A stretch of DNA of 63,999 nt, filler included, from an uncultured bacterium (GCA_964637655.1; 17 parts of 17 records of this genome joined end to end with filler, not necessarily neighbours in it); one strand, 5' to 3'. Counted from the first letter of the whole stretch, positions 50,627 through 60,502 are shown. The notes: a model not told the origin generated them from the sequence alone. Translations and numbers: made by a program.

Positions 50627-53254
50627 ATGCTCAAGACGCTGGTAAAACAGATAGGGCGTGTGCCCCTTGTGCAGGTTGCGGGCGAATTGACCGCAGAACG
50701 CACGCGTGAGTTCTCCCAGCTCCTCGACCAGGTGCTGGGCGATGGCAGTGATGCCTTCATCGTCAACCTCGAACATGTCCCGGCCATCGACCAGCCCGCG
50801 CTGCAACTGCTCGGCGAGGCGGTGGCGACGGCCCGCGCCCATGGCGGCCGGGTCACCCTGCTGCGCCCCCATCCGGCCATCGAAAAAGAGGTTTCCCGCC
50901 TGGTACTCGACCATCGCGTCGAGGTCTTCTATCAGGAGGAAGCGGCGGTCAGCGACATGGAGACGGCGCTGCGGACGCGTCTGCTGCGTGCGTTCCGCGG
51001 CAAGAGCATGTTCAAGCGGGGCGAACGTCTGCCTGCCGATGAACCGCCGGCGGATCCGGCTGCACCGCCCGCACCGCCGGCGGATATCCGCTCGCTGCTG
51101 GCGGGGATCGACCCCTGTCCGCGCTGCGGGGCGATGCTCGAAGTCGACGGGGCCTGCCCGCACTGCGGCGCGGGGGTGACCGGCAAACCGCCCGCACCGC
51201 CGCGCCGCGAAGCGCCGGCAGCCAGGCCGGCGGCGCTGTTGCCGGTGCCCGTACCGGTCCCGGCGGACGACCGGCGGTGGCAGGACCTGCGCCGGGCGCG
51301 GCGGGTGGAACAGGCGGCACTCCGTGAAACCAGGACGCTGCTGCGCACGCTGCAGCGGCAACTGCAGCGGACGCGCGACGAGGCGGCTGGTGCGGCGACG
51401 CGACAGCAGCGGGCGGAGCGGCAGGCCCGGGACCGGCGTCAGCGGCAGCGCGCGGTGCAGGTGCTGCGGCAGCGCGAAGCACAGCTCGCGGCACAGACGC
51501 GCGCGCTGCGGACCGAGGCGGACGAACTCGCGGCGAAGTGCGCGCGCGGCCGCGAGGAACTGCGCCGGCTGCTCGAAGAGGAATTGCGGCAGGAGCATGA
51601 GCGGCTGCAGGCGGTGCAGGGTGAACTGCGGGGAGCGACCGGCAGCCGTGACGCGGCGCAGACGGAACTGGCGGCGCTGACCGCGGCGGTGACCGCGTCG
51701 CGTGCGGAGCAGCGCACGCTCGAGGCGGCGCTCACGGCGCTGCGCGCGGAGGAGGAGCGGCTGCGCGGCATCGATGCCAGCTGCGCGGCGCGTGAACAGG
51801 AGGCGGCGCGCCTGCTGGCACGCCGGCAGCGGCTGGGGCGGGAGGTCGCGGCGGCGGAACAGCAGCTGGTCGCGCTGCGCGAAGAGCGCGCCGGGATACA
51901 GCGTGACCGGGACGAGGTGGCGGCCGCGGCCGCGGACCTGGCACGCACCCTGGCGGATGAGCAGGCGGCCCTGGCCGCCCTGCATGCGGAACAGCACGAA
52001 CTGCGCGCCGCCTGCGCGTCCCTGGAACAGGAGACCGCGGCCGCCCGCGCCACGCTGGCGTCAGCGGCGGTCCAGGCGGCGGAGAGCGGGCGGCTGGCGG
52101 CGCGGATCGCGGAGCAGGAGGAGGAACTGCGCCGGCTGGAACACCGCCGGGCGCAGCTGCAGCGCGAACACGACCGCCTGCAGGCGCAACTGGGTGACCT
52201 GCGCGGCGACTGCCGGCGGCTCAGTTCCGAGGTGGCTTCGGCCCTGACCCAGATGCAGGATGCCCGGCGGCAGGAGCAGGAGGCGGCGCGGGCGGCGGCG
52301 GCGCTGCGCCAGGCCGAGGAACAGACGCGCACCCGCGTGCTGGCCCTGCAGCGGCAGCATGAGGAACTGGAAGTTGCGCAGCACGCGCTGACGGGCCAGG
52401 CGGCGCAGCTGACCCAGCAGCTGGCGGAACATGAGCGTGAGCGGGCGTTGTTGCAGACGCGGCAGCAGGAACTGACGGAGGCATGCGCCGCGCGCGGTGC
52501 GGAGCGTGACGCGCTGGCCGCTGACTGCCGGCGGTGGCGGGCGGAGGCGGAAACGCAGCAGGCGGCAGCAGCAACCGCGGCCGCGGCTGCGACTGAGCGG
52601 CAGCAGGAACTCGCGGCACTGACGCGGGCGCGGACTGAGGCGGAACGCGCGCTGAGCGCGCTGACCCGCGAACAGGAGGAGTGTGCGGCGGCGGTGGCGG
52701 CGCTGGGTGACCAGCATGCCGCGCTGCTGCAGGCCGCGGCGCAGCGGCTGGCCGAGGAACAGGCGGCGACGGCGGCGCGGGAGGAAGCGGCGCAGGCGCG
52801 GATGCAGCAGGAGGCGGCGCGGCGCGAAACAGCGAAGGCGCGGGCGGCGCTGACCCGGTGTGAACGGACGCTGGCTGCCCGGCGGGCCGAGCAGGAAGAA
52901 GCGGTGGCGGCAGTGGCGGCGGCGACGGCCGCGCTGACGGCCGTGCGGGCGGAAACGGAGCAGCAGGCGGCGGCGGGTCGCGCGGCCGCGGATGAACTGC
53001 GGGCGTGCACGGAGCGCCTGCAGGCGACGGCGGTGCAACAGGCGGCGGCGACGGCCGCGCTGCTGGCAGACGAGGCGGCGCAGCGGGAGCTGGCTGCGGC
53101 CGCGGCGGCACTGACGGAACGGCGCACGACCCTGCAGACGGAATTGGCGGCGCTGCAGGCACAGCAGGAGGCGGTGCGGCAGCAGACCGCGGCCGCGGCC
53201 GCGCGCCTGGCGGAACTGACCGCACAGCAGCAGGCGGCGGTGCAGCAGCTGTGA
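50627..53254 (+). CDS. STAS domain + zinc ribbon + long coiled-coil protein (3' end uncertain)
   Basis: STAS-like QVAGEL..IVNLEHVPAID; CPRC..CPHC; more than 600 aa of Ala/Glu/Gln/Arg heptads. Confidence 0.65.
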   Translation: MLKTLVKQIGRVPLVQVAGELTAERTREFSQLLDQVLGDGSDAFIVNLEHVPAIDQPALQLLGEAVATARAHGGRVTLLRPHPAIEKEVSRLVLDHRVEVFYQEEAAVSDMETALRTRLLRAFRGKSMFKRGERLPADEPPADPAAPPAPPADIRSLLAGIDPCPRCGAMLEVDGACPHCGAGVTGKPPAPPRREAPAARPAALLPVPVPVPADDRRWQDLRRARRVEQAALRETRTLLRTLQRQLQRTRDEAAGAATRQQRAERQARDRRQRQRAVQVLRQREAQLAAQTRALRTEADELAAKCARGREELRRLLEEELRQEHERLQAVQGELRGATGSRDAAQTELAALTAAVTASRAEQRTLEAALTALRAEEERLRGIDASCAAREQEAARLLARRQRLGREVAAAEQQLVALREERAGIQRDRDEVAAAAADLARTLADEQAALAALHAEQHELRAACASLEQETAAARATLASAAVQAAESGRLAARIAEQEEELRRLEHRRAQLQREHDRLQAQLGDLRGDCRRLSSEVASALTQMQDARRQEQEAARAAAALRQAEEQTRTRVLALQRQHEELEVAQHALTGQAAQLTQQLAEHERERALLQTRQQELTEACAARGAERDALAADCRRWRAEAETQQAAAATAAAAATERQQELAALTRARTEAERALSALTREQEECAAAVAALGDQHAALLQAAAQRLAEEQAATAAREEAAQARMQQEAARRETAKARAALTRCERTLAARRAEQEEAVAAVAAATAALTAVRAETEQQAAAGRAAADELRACTERLQATAVQQAAATAALLADEAAQRELAAAAAALTERRTTLQTELAALQAQQEAVRQQTAAAAARLAELTAQQQAAVQQL

Positions 53255-53383
53255 TAGATGTGAAAAACGGCGAAGTGCTGGCCNNNNNNNNNNNNNNNNN
53301 NNNNNNNNNNNNNNNNNNNNNNNNNNNTTAATTAATTAANNNNNNNNNNNNNNNNNNNNNNNNNNNNNNNNNNNNNNNNNNNN

Positions 53384-53547
53384 TCGCCGCAATCATCCTC
53401 TACCCGTTCGGCACCGGCCCCATCAAGGGTTTTGCCGTCACGCTGTCGTGGGGCATCGCGGCCTCGATGTTCACCGCGATCTTCGCCACGCGCGCGCTCT
53501 ATGAACTCATCCTGCGGAACCCCAATGTCCGCTCGCTGTCGGTGTAG
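53384..53547 (+). CDS. secD: SecD C-terminal fragment
   Basis: AAIILYPFGTGPIKGFAVTL..SMFTAIFATR. Confidence 0.9.
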
Positions 53548-53559
53548 GAGAAGACGACC

Positions 53560-55137
53560 ATGAAGAATCCGCTTTACGGCTGCAACGTTGATTTTGTCGG
53601 GAAACGCGGCATCGCCGTGATGCTCAGCGCCCTGCTTATCGTCGCCAGTGTCAGCATTATCTTCTGGCGCGGCGGGCTCAATTACGCCATCGACTTCGTC
53701 GGCGGCACGCGCATCATCTTCAGCTTCGCGCAGCCGGTGACCGTTACCGAGGTCGAGACGGTACGCGCGACCCTCGCGGAGATGGGGCTGCAGGGACAGG
53801 TGCAGCAGTACCAGGAACGCGGCATCACCATCCAGGCCAAGGGCTCGGAGTATACCGACCGCATCCACCAGGCGCTGGTGCAGGCGAAAGCCGCGGCGGG
53901 CGGGAAGTTCGCCACGGAGCAGCAGGTGCGCGACGCGCTGGCGCCGTTCGCCCAGCTCGGGGTGGCGGACATCATGCTGCGCGATTTCGGCATCGTCGCG
54001 GACACCGCGGCGCGCCGGCTCGACCTCAACGCGGTGGCTGACGACAATCTCAAGTCGATGATCGAGAAGATGCTCGGCGAGCAGATCGCGGCGCGTGTGC
54101 AGGCGGCAGTCGGGGAGAAACTCGGCCTGGCCACGGATACCGCGGCGATCGGGGCGATTGCCCTCAATACGCTGCATGACAGCATCGCCATCCGCGCGGA
54201 ACTGGAACGCGGCGCCGTCACGCTGCTGGCTGACGCGCTGCAGGCGAAGCAGGGCGGCTACCGCACCTGGGCTGATGTCGACGCGGTGCTGGAACCCCTT
54301 GGCCTGAAGAGCGACCTGGTGAGCAGCGCGGCGCTCCTCACCAATCCCGGCATCGACGATGCCATCCGCCTCAACCTCAATACCGCCAGCCGTGACGAGC
54401 TCTCGCGGGTACTGACCGGGGCCCTGGCACAGGGCGCGCCGGCGGCGGAACTGGCCAACGGGGCCGCGGCGGTCGCCGCGGTGCGCGCACAGCATGACAT
54501 CCTGCCGTCCCTCGAGCCGGTACTGGCCGCCCCCGGGCTGACCCCGCTGGTGCGCGCGGTGGTCACCCGCTTCGGCAGCGCGGTTCCCTTTGTCATCGAC
54601 AGCGTCGAGATGGTCGGCCCGCGGGTCGGGCGCGACCTGCGCGACAAGGCGATGCAGGCCGTGGTTTACTGTATCATTGCCATGCTCGTCTACATCGGGT
54701 TCCGCTTCCAGTTCAAGTACGGGGTCGGGGCGGTAGCGGCGGTGGTGCACGATACCGTCATCACCATCGGCATCCTCGCGTTCTTCAACCGTGAGTTCGA
54801 CATGACGGTCATTGCCGCGCTGATGACCCTGGTCGGGTTCTCGCTCAACGACACGGTGGTCATTTTCGACCGCATCCGCGAGAAGTTGCGCCTGACGGGG
54901 AGCCGCGACTGGGCGGGCACGATCAACGCCGCAGTCAACGAGACGCTCAGCCGCACGGTCATCACCTCGCTGACCGTGCTCATCGCCTCGGTGGCGCTGC
55001 TGGTCTTCGGCAGTTCCGTGACCTTCGATTTCGCCCTGGTCATGACCATCGGCGTCTTCGTCGGCACCTACTCGTCCATCTTCATCGCCGCGCCCATCCT
55101 CATCGAGTGGCACAACTACTTCGAACGCGTCAGGTAA
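53560..55137 (+). CDS. secF: Protein translocase subunit SecF with a large periplasmic insertion
   Basis: GLNYAIDFVGGT; VGPRVG; HD; AALMTLVGFSLNDTVVIFDRIRE; TLSRTVITS; GTYSSIFIA. Confidence 0.92.
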   Translation: MKNPLYGCNVDFVGKRGIAVMLSALLIVASVSIIFWRGGLNYAIDFVGGTRIIFSFAQPVTVTEVETVRATLAEMGLQGQVQQYQERGITIQAKGSEYTDRIHQALVQAKAAAGGKFATEQQVRDALAPFAQLGVADIMLRDFGIVADTAARRLDLNAVADDNLKSMIEKMLGEQIAARVQAAVGEKLGLATDTAAIGAIALNTLHDSIAIRAELERGAVTLLADALQAKQGGYRTWADVDAVLEPLGLKSDLVSSAALLTNPGIDDAIRLNLNTASRDELSRVLTGALAQGAPAAELANGAAAVAAVRAQHDILPSLEPVLAAPGLTPLVRAVVTRFGSAVPFVIDSVEMVGPRVGRDLRDKAMQAVVYCIIAMLVYIGFRFQFKYGVGAVAAVVHDTVITIGILAFFNREFDMTVIAALMTLVGFSLNDTVVIFDRIREKLRLTGSRDWAGTINAAVNETLSRTVITSLTVLIASVALLVFGSSVTFDFALVMTIGVFVGTYSSIFIAAPILIEWHNYFERVR

Positions 55138-55152
55138 GTCTCGCCATGCACG

Positions 55153-55190
55153 GCGCCGCGGGGACTGTTCCCCGCGGCGCTTTTTTGTTT
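55153..55190 (+). terminator. Intrinsic terminator after secF
   Basis: GCGCCGCGGGGA-ctgt-TCCCCGCGGCGC-TTTTTTGTTT. Confidence 0.85.
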
Positions 55191-55253
55191 ATGGTGGACC
55201 GTGCGCCAGGTCAGTTCCCGCCTGTCCCATCTGACTTCCAGCACCGCACGCAG

Positions 55254-55541
55254 GTCATTCCCGAATTGTGCTATCGGGAATCCAGCACACACACTGCGCA
55301 CGTCAACGGCTTCACCGCAGAGCACACAGAGCACGCAGAGAACGGCAACGTCCTTGTACCGGGGCCGGTGGAAAGAGGCGGCACGGAGCAGCATACAGGC
55401 GGCACGTGGAGCATACTGGACTCCCGATTGAACAATTCGGGAGTGACAGCCGGCAGCAGATGGCAGCATAACCGGATGGTATGCCGGCACGGCAGCGGCA
55501 CTTCGAGCGCGATCCGTGTGCTCCGTGTGCTCCGTGGTGAA
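55254..55541. repeat. Interleaved inverted pairs of two palindromic repeat families
   Basis: GTCATTCCCGA..TCGGGAATCCA (55254-55284) with an inverted copy at 55417-55447; TTCACCGCAGAGCACACAGAG (55311-55341) with an inverted copy at 55514-55541. Confidence 0.75.
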
Positions 55542-55574
55542 GGTCGTAAGGATGCTGCGGCCTGCGGCCGGCGT

Positions 55575-55768
55575 TCCGGGAGCAGGACGCAGTGATGACT
55601 GCCGCCGACCGTCTCCGCGAACTGACCGCCGCACGCCCGGAGCGCGAACGCGCCCTGCACCCGGTGACGGAGCGAGGCCGGTGGTCCGGGAGCAGGGCGC
55701 AGCGATGACTGCCGCCGACCGTCTTCGCGAACTGACCGCCGCGCGCCCGGAGCGCGAACGCGCCCTGC
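55575..55768 (+). repeat. 110-bp-period direct duplication of the relA RBS and first ~21 codons
   Basis: TCCGGGAGCAGG.CGCAG.GATGACTGCCGCCGACCGTCT.CGCGAACTGACCGCCGC.CGCCCGGAGCGCGAACGCGCCCTGC occurs twice. Confidence 0.9.
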
Positions 55769-56923
55769 TCGACGCGGCGCTGCGCTTCGCCACCGAACGC
55801 CATCGCGGGCAGCAGCGCCTGTCGGGCGAGGACTACATCGCCCATCCCGTGGCGGTGGCGCTCACGCTGGCGGAACTCAACCTCGACACCCCGACCCTGG
55901 CGGCGGCGCTGCTGCATGACGTGCGCGAGGACTGTGGGGTGACCGACGAGGAACTGCGCGCCGCGTTCGGCGACGAGATCGCCTTCCTCGTCGCGGGGGT
56001 GAGCAAGCTCAGCACGCTCGACACGGGGGACCGCGTGGCGGTGATGGCGGACGCGCTGCGGCGCATGCTGCTCGCCATGGGGCGCGATATCCGGGTCATG
56101 CTGGTCAAGCTGGCGGACCGCCAGCACAACCTCGACACCATCGACGCGCTCCCCGCGGCGCGGCGTGAGCGGCTGGCGCGCGAAACGCTCGAACTCTACG
56201 CCCCGCTGGCCCACCGCCTCGGCATGGAGCGCGTGCGCCTGGCACTGCAGGAGGGGAGTTTCCGCATCCTCTACCCGGAGGCCCATGCCGCCCTGCTGGC
56301 GCAGGTGGCGGAACGCGAGCCGCTGCGCCAGGTGCGCGTGCTGGCGCTCATCGCGCGCACCGACGAACTGCTGCGCGCGCACGGCATCGTTGCGCAGCTG
56401 GCGGGACGCCCGAAGAGTTTGTTCTCGATTTACGAGAAGATGCAGCGGGAGCGCATCCCCTTCGACCGGGTGTTCGACCTGCTGGGCCTGCGCGTCGTCG
56501 TCGACACTCCGGCCGACTGCTACGCCGCGCTCGGCTACCTGCACCAGCAGTGGCCGCCGCTCCCTAACCGTTTCAAGGACTACCTCGCGCGCCCCAAGTC
56601 GAACGGCTACCAGTCGCTGCACACCGTGGTCACTACCGACGACGGCGCCATCGCCGAGTTCCAGATCCGCACGGCGGCGATGCACCGCCACGCGCTGGAA
56701 GGGGTCGCCGCGCACTGGCTGTACAAGGAAGGCGGGGAGGGGAAGTTCGATGCCATGCAGCAGCTCGGCTGGTACAAGCGGCTGCTCGACTCGCTCGGTG
56801 CGGAACAGGATGCCGGGCAGGTGGTGCGCGCGGTCAAGAACGCGGTGGCGCAGTCCGAGGTGCTGGTCGTCACTCCCGGCGGCGACGTCAAGGAACTGCC
56901 CGAGGGGAGCACACCCGTGGATT
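55705..56923 (+). CDS. Bifunctional RelA/SpoT (p)ppGpp synthetase/hydrolase (3' truncated)
   Basis: HRGQQRLSGEDYIAHP, ALLHDV, VKLADR.HN, YAPLAHRLG, GRPKS, FKDY..PKSNGYQSLH, EFQIRT, GVAAHW.YK. Confidence 0.95.
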
Positions 56924-57023
56924 NNNNNNNNNNNNNNNNNNNNNNNNNNNNNNNNNNNNNNNNNNNNTTAATTAATTAANNNNNNNNNNNNNNNNNNNNN
57001 NNNNNNNNNNNNNNNNNNNNNNN

Positions 57024-58115
57024 TCCTTCACCGATCTGCTCGCGCGCCGCAACTGGGACAGCGGCACGGATGAGAAGCCGGGCGTCGGCTACCGTTTCGG
57101 CGCGCAATATATGGTGGGGGTGGGGAACGGTCTGCGCACGCTGCTTGACCTGTACGGCAACACCGAGTCGGATGACACGCTCGACGGGCTGGCGCTCGGT
57201 TTCGAGTATCCACTCTACTACCGCAGCGCCGCCAGTCAGGAGCAGGGGCGGCTCGACCCGTATTTCTCCGATATGCAGGGACAAACGGACGAATCGGCGT
57301 ACAACCTCTCCCTGCGCGCCGGGCTCAACCATGCCTTTCAGGGCGACAACAAGAACCGCCTGACGCTGGGCGGGTCGTTCGGCATGGGGATGGCCGCGGT
57401 CGACTACGCGTTTGTGTATGACAAGGACAACCTCGGCAATACCCACGTCGTGTCGCTCGGGCTTGATTTCGGGCGCCCGTCGTGGCACCGCCAGGTGACG
57501 CAGGCACAGCCGGAACCGTCGCGCAACGTGCCGGCGGCGGCGCCGGTGGCGCCGGCCCCGGCGCCGCGCAGCGCGCCGGCCCCGTACACGCCGCCGGTGC
57601 AGCCGTATACCCCGCCGGCTCCGGTGCCGGCGCCCGCGCCGGCCGCACCGATTTACGTGCCGCCGCTGCCGCCGGCTACCGCGACCGCGCCGCAGACGGG
57701 GACGGTCAAGGTGGCCATCCTGCCGTTCGGCAACAACAGCCGCAACGAGCGGCTCTACTGGCTGAGCGAGGGGATGGTCGACATCCTCGGCAAGGAGATG
57801 GCGCCCTACCCGAACATCCAGGTCATTCCCAAGGCGACCATGCAGCGCGCGGCCGAGGGGCTCGGCCTGCGCTTCACCGGTGACAACGTGACGAGCCAGG
57901 ACATCCGCACGCTCGGCATGCTGCTCGGTGCCGACCAGGTGGTGGTCGGCAGCTTTGCCGAGGGGACGGGAACGACGCTCAACATCTACGCGCGCATCTA
58001 TGACACCGCTTCGGGGCAGATCAAGGGCTACGAGAACGTGTCGAACGATGTCATCAACATCTTCACCATGGCGCGCGACCTCGCGACGCGCATCCGCACC
58101 ACCGTCACCCGCTGA
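57024..58115 (+). CDS. Beta-barrel-like segment + Pro-rich linker + CsgG/TolB-N/FlgO-like domain (5' partial)
   Basis: VDYAFV..LGNTHVVSLGLDF; VAILPFGN..LSEGM.D..LGADQVVVGSF..ARIYDTASG. Confidence 0.6.
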   Translation, partial: SFTDLLARRNWDSGTDEKPGVGYRFGAQYMVGVGNGLRTLLDLYGNTESDDTLDGLALGFEYPLYYRSAASQEQGRLDPYFSDMQGQTDESAYNLSLRAGLNHAFQGDNKNRLTLGGSFGMGMAAVDYAFVYDKDNLGNTHVVSLGLDFGRPSWHRQVTQAQPEPSRNVPAAAPVAPAPAPRSAPAPYTPPVQPYTPPAPVPAPAPAAPIYVPPLPPATATAPQTGTVKVAILPFGNNSRNERLYWLSEGMVDILGKEMAPYPNIQVIPKATMQRAAEGLGLRFTGDNVTSQDIRTLGMLLGADQVVVGSFAEGTGTTLNIYARIYDTASGQIKGYENVSNDVINIFTMARDLATRIRTTVTR

Positions 58116-58130
58116 ACTGCTATCGGCTAT

Positions 58131-58157
58131 GCCCCCCCTGTACGGGGGGGCTTTTTG
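58131..58157 (+). terminator. Intrinsic terminator
   Basis: GCCCCCCC-tgtac-GGGGGGGC-TTTTT. Confidence 0.75.
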
Positions 58158-58212
58158 TGCCCGCGCGGATGACAATCACCGCCGGTGATGCTATACTCAT
58201 GACGGTGCGACC

Positions 58213-59343
58213 ATGAACCTGCAGAAAGCGCTCTGGCTGATCGGCATCCTGCTGTTTGTCACCCTCGCCTCGTGGCTGGTCTACACCCTGCGCTCGGTGC
58301 TGACTCCGTTCCTGCTCGCCTTTCTCATGGCCTACATTCTCAATCCGGTGATTCAGTTCGGGGTGCGCCGCAACCTGTCACGCGATTTCTGCATTGCCCT
58401 GCTCATGCTTGTCCTGCTCGTCGGGGTAGCCGTGGCAGGAGTCGGTCTGGTGCCGCTGCTCATGCACCAGGTGGCGACGCTCGGTGACGACCTGCCGCGG
58501 CTCGGGGAACGGGTGACGGGGCTGCTGACGGAGATAGAACTGCGGCTCAACGCGATGCCGGTGGTGGCGCGCTTCTATCCGCATGGTATCTCGCTGCAGC
58601 CGCCGACGCTGGCGGGGGCTGCGTCCGGCATGCTGCCGCAGGCCTCGACGGTGGTCGGGGTGGCCGGTGACTGGTCGCTGGGCGTCTTCAGCGGCCTGTA
58701 CGAAGCGGGGATGTTCATCTTTTTCTCGGGGCTGTTTGTCATCTCGACCATTTACCTGCTCCGAGATTATGACCGCATCGTGCTGCAGGCGCGCACCCTG
58801 GTGCCGCGGCGGCAGGAGGCGCTGGTGCTGCAGCTGCTCAGCGACATCGACCGCAACCTGCGCAATTTCTTCCGCGGCCAGCTGCTCGTCTGCCTGATCA
58901 ACTCGAGCGTCCTCTCGCTGGTGCTTTATCTCGCCGGGGTGCCCTACGCGCTGCTCATCGGGTTTCTCACCGGGTTTCTCAACATTATCCCCTACCTCGG
59001 GGTGTCGCTCGGGCTGCTGCTGGCGCTGATGGTCAACTGGCTGACCTACGGCGACGCGGCGCATGTCATCTATGTGCTCGCCGCGTTCGCGGTGCAGCAG
59101 GCGCTCGATGCCGGGTTCGTCACGCCGCGCCTGCTCGGTGATACCGTTGGCCTGCACCCGGTCGCGGTCATCGCCAGTTTTCTCATTTTCGGCAAGCTGT
59201 TCGGCTTTTTCGGCGTGCTGCTGGCCGTGCCGCTGAGCACCGTCGCCAAGGTGCTGCTCGGCTACGGCCTGCGCCTGTACAAGACTTCGTGGGTCTATGG
59301 CGACCCCGTACCACCGACTATCTCAGGAGGAGAAGGACCATGA
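58213..59343 (+). CDS. AI-2E family transporter
   Basis: LTPFLLAFLMAYILNP; FRGQL; NIIPYLG; TPRLLG..VGLHP; GFFGVLLAVP. Confidence 0.9.
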   Translation: MNLQKALWLIGILLFVTLASWLVYTLRSVLTPFLLAFLMAYILNPVIQFGVRRNLSRDFCIALLMLVLLVGVAVAGVGLVPLLMHQVATLGDDLPRLGERVTGLLTEIELRLNAMPVVARFYPHGISLQPPTLAGAASGMLPQASTVVGVAGDWSLGVFSGLYEAGMFIFFSGLFVISTIYLLRDYDRIVLQARTLVPRRQEALVLQLLSDIDRNLRNFFRGQLLVCLINSSVLSLVLYLAGVPYALLIGFLTGFLNIIPYLGVSLGLLLALMVNWLTYGDAAHVIYVLAAFAVQQALDAGFVTPRLLGDTVGLHPVAVIASFLIFGKLFGFFGVLLAVPLSTVAKVLLGYGLRLYKTSWVYGDPVPPTISGGEGP

Positions 59344-60020
59344 AACAGATGATGCTGGCTGGAATGCTGGCGCTGCTGCTGACCGCGGCAGCGACGGCGG
59401 ACGACGTAGTGCTGCGCAGCGGGCAGGTGCTGCGCGGTGACATCGTGGCGTACGACCAGGAGGGGGTCATCATCCGCATGGGCGGCCCCGACCGCACCAC
59501 GGGTATCGACTACCGGGTGGCGGGCTATGCCATCGACCGTATCCTGCTGCAGCAGGTCTACGACCCGGCGCTGACCACCGTGGCGCCGCAGCAGACGTGG
59601 GCGGCGGGCTGGGCGGCGAGCGAGCCGTATGCCTATGCCGGGCTGGCCGGGGTGGGCGAACTGCGCCGCCAATTGGAAGTGACGGGTGCGGTGGTCAATC
59701 TGCGCAACGGCCCCGGCCTGCGCTACGCGGTGATCGACCGTGTGGCCAAGGGGGACTTCCTCACCGCGATCGCGGCGCAGGACAACTGGTTCCGCATCCT
59801 GCGCGGCGACGGCACGACGGCATGGATCAGCGGCGACCTCGTGCGCCCGCTCAACGTCGAGCAGGGTGTGCTGATGGGGAGCGTCGGCTACGGCACGGCG
59901 GTGACTGCGCCGGTGACGTATATGCCGGTGGCACCGGCGCCGGCACCGGATATGAACTACTGGCGGCAGCAGTATCTCGAAGGGCTGGTGCAGGGCGTCG
60001 GCGCTGTGCCGGCGCGCTGA
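59340..60020 (+). CDS. Secreted SH3b-domain protein
   Basis: Signal peptide; DDVVLRSGQVLRG; VNLRNGPG..WFRI..AWISG. Confidence 0.75.
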   Translation: MKQMMLAGMLALLLTAAATADDVVLRSGQVLRGDIVAYDQEGVIIRMGGPDRTTGIDYRVAGYAIDRILLQQVYDPALTTVAPQQTWAAGWAASEPYAYAGLAGVGELRRQLEVTGAVVNLRNGPGLRYAVIDRVAKGDFLTAIAAQDNWFRILRGDGTTAWISGDLVRPLNVEQGVLMGSVGYGTAVTAPVTYMPVAPAPAPDMNYWRQQYLEGLVQGVGAVPAR

Positions 60021-60028
60021 ACATCACC

Positions 60029-60502
60029 ATGCTGCGGGTCGACGTGCTCCCCGGGTCGCCCGCAGCGCAGGCGGGCCTGCGCGGGCCGCTGCTGCTGCAT
60101 ACCCTTGACGGCAAAGCGGTAGCCGACGACCTCGACTACCGCTTTCTTTCCGCCGGTGAAGAACTGACCGCGGTGGTCGATGACGGCCGCGGGCGGCGGC
60201 GGGTTCGCATCAGCAAAACGTACAATGCCGACCCGGGGTTCCTCCTGCCGCCGCTGCGCCCGCGGGTCTGCGGCAACCACTGCGTCTTCTGTTTCGTCAG
60301 CCAGCACCCGCCCGGGGTGCGCGCCGCGCTGCGGCTGCGCGACGAGGACTACCGGCTGTCGTTTCTGCTCGGCAACTATGTCACCCTGACCAATCTCACC
60401 GCCGCCGACTGGCGGCGGATAGCGCGCCTGCGCCTGTCGCCGCTCTCTGTCTCGGTGCTTGCCACCGATGAGCGGGTGCGGCGGACGCTGCTCGGCAACC
60501 CG
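60029..60502 (+). CDS. PDZ + radical SAM DUF512 family protein (3' truncated)
   Basis: VLPGSPA; CGNHCVFCFV.Q.P; DEDYRLSFL.GNYVTLTNL. Confidence 0.85.
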
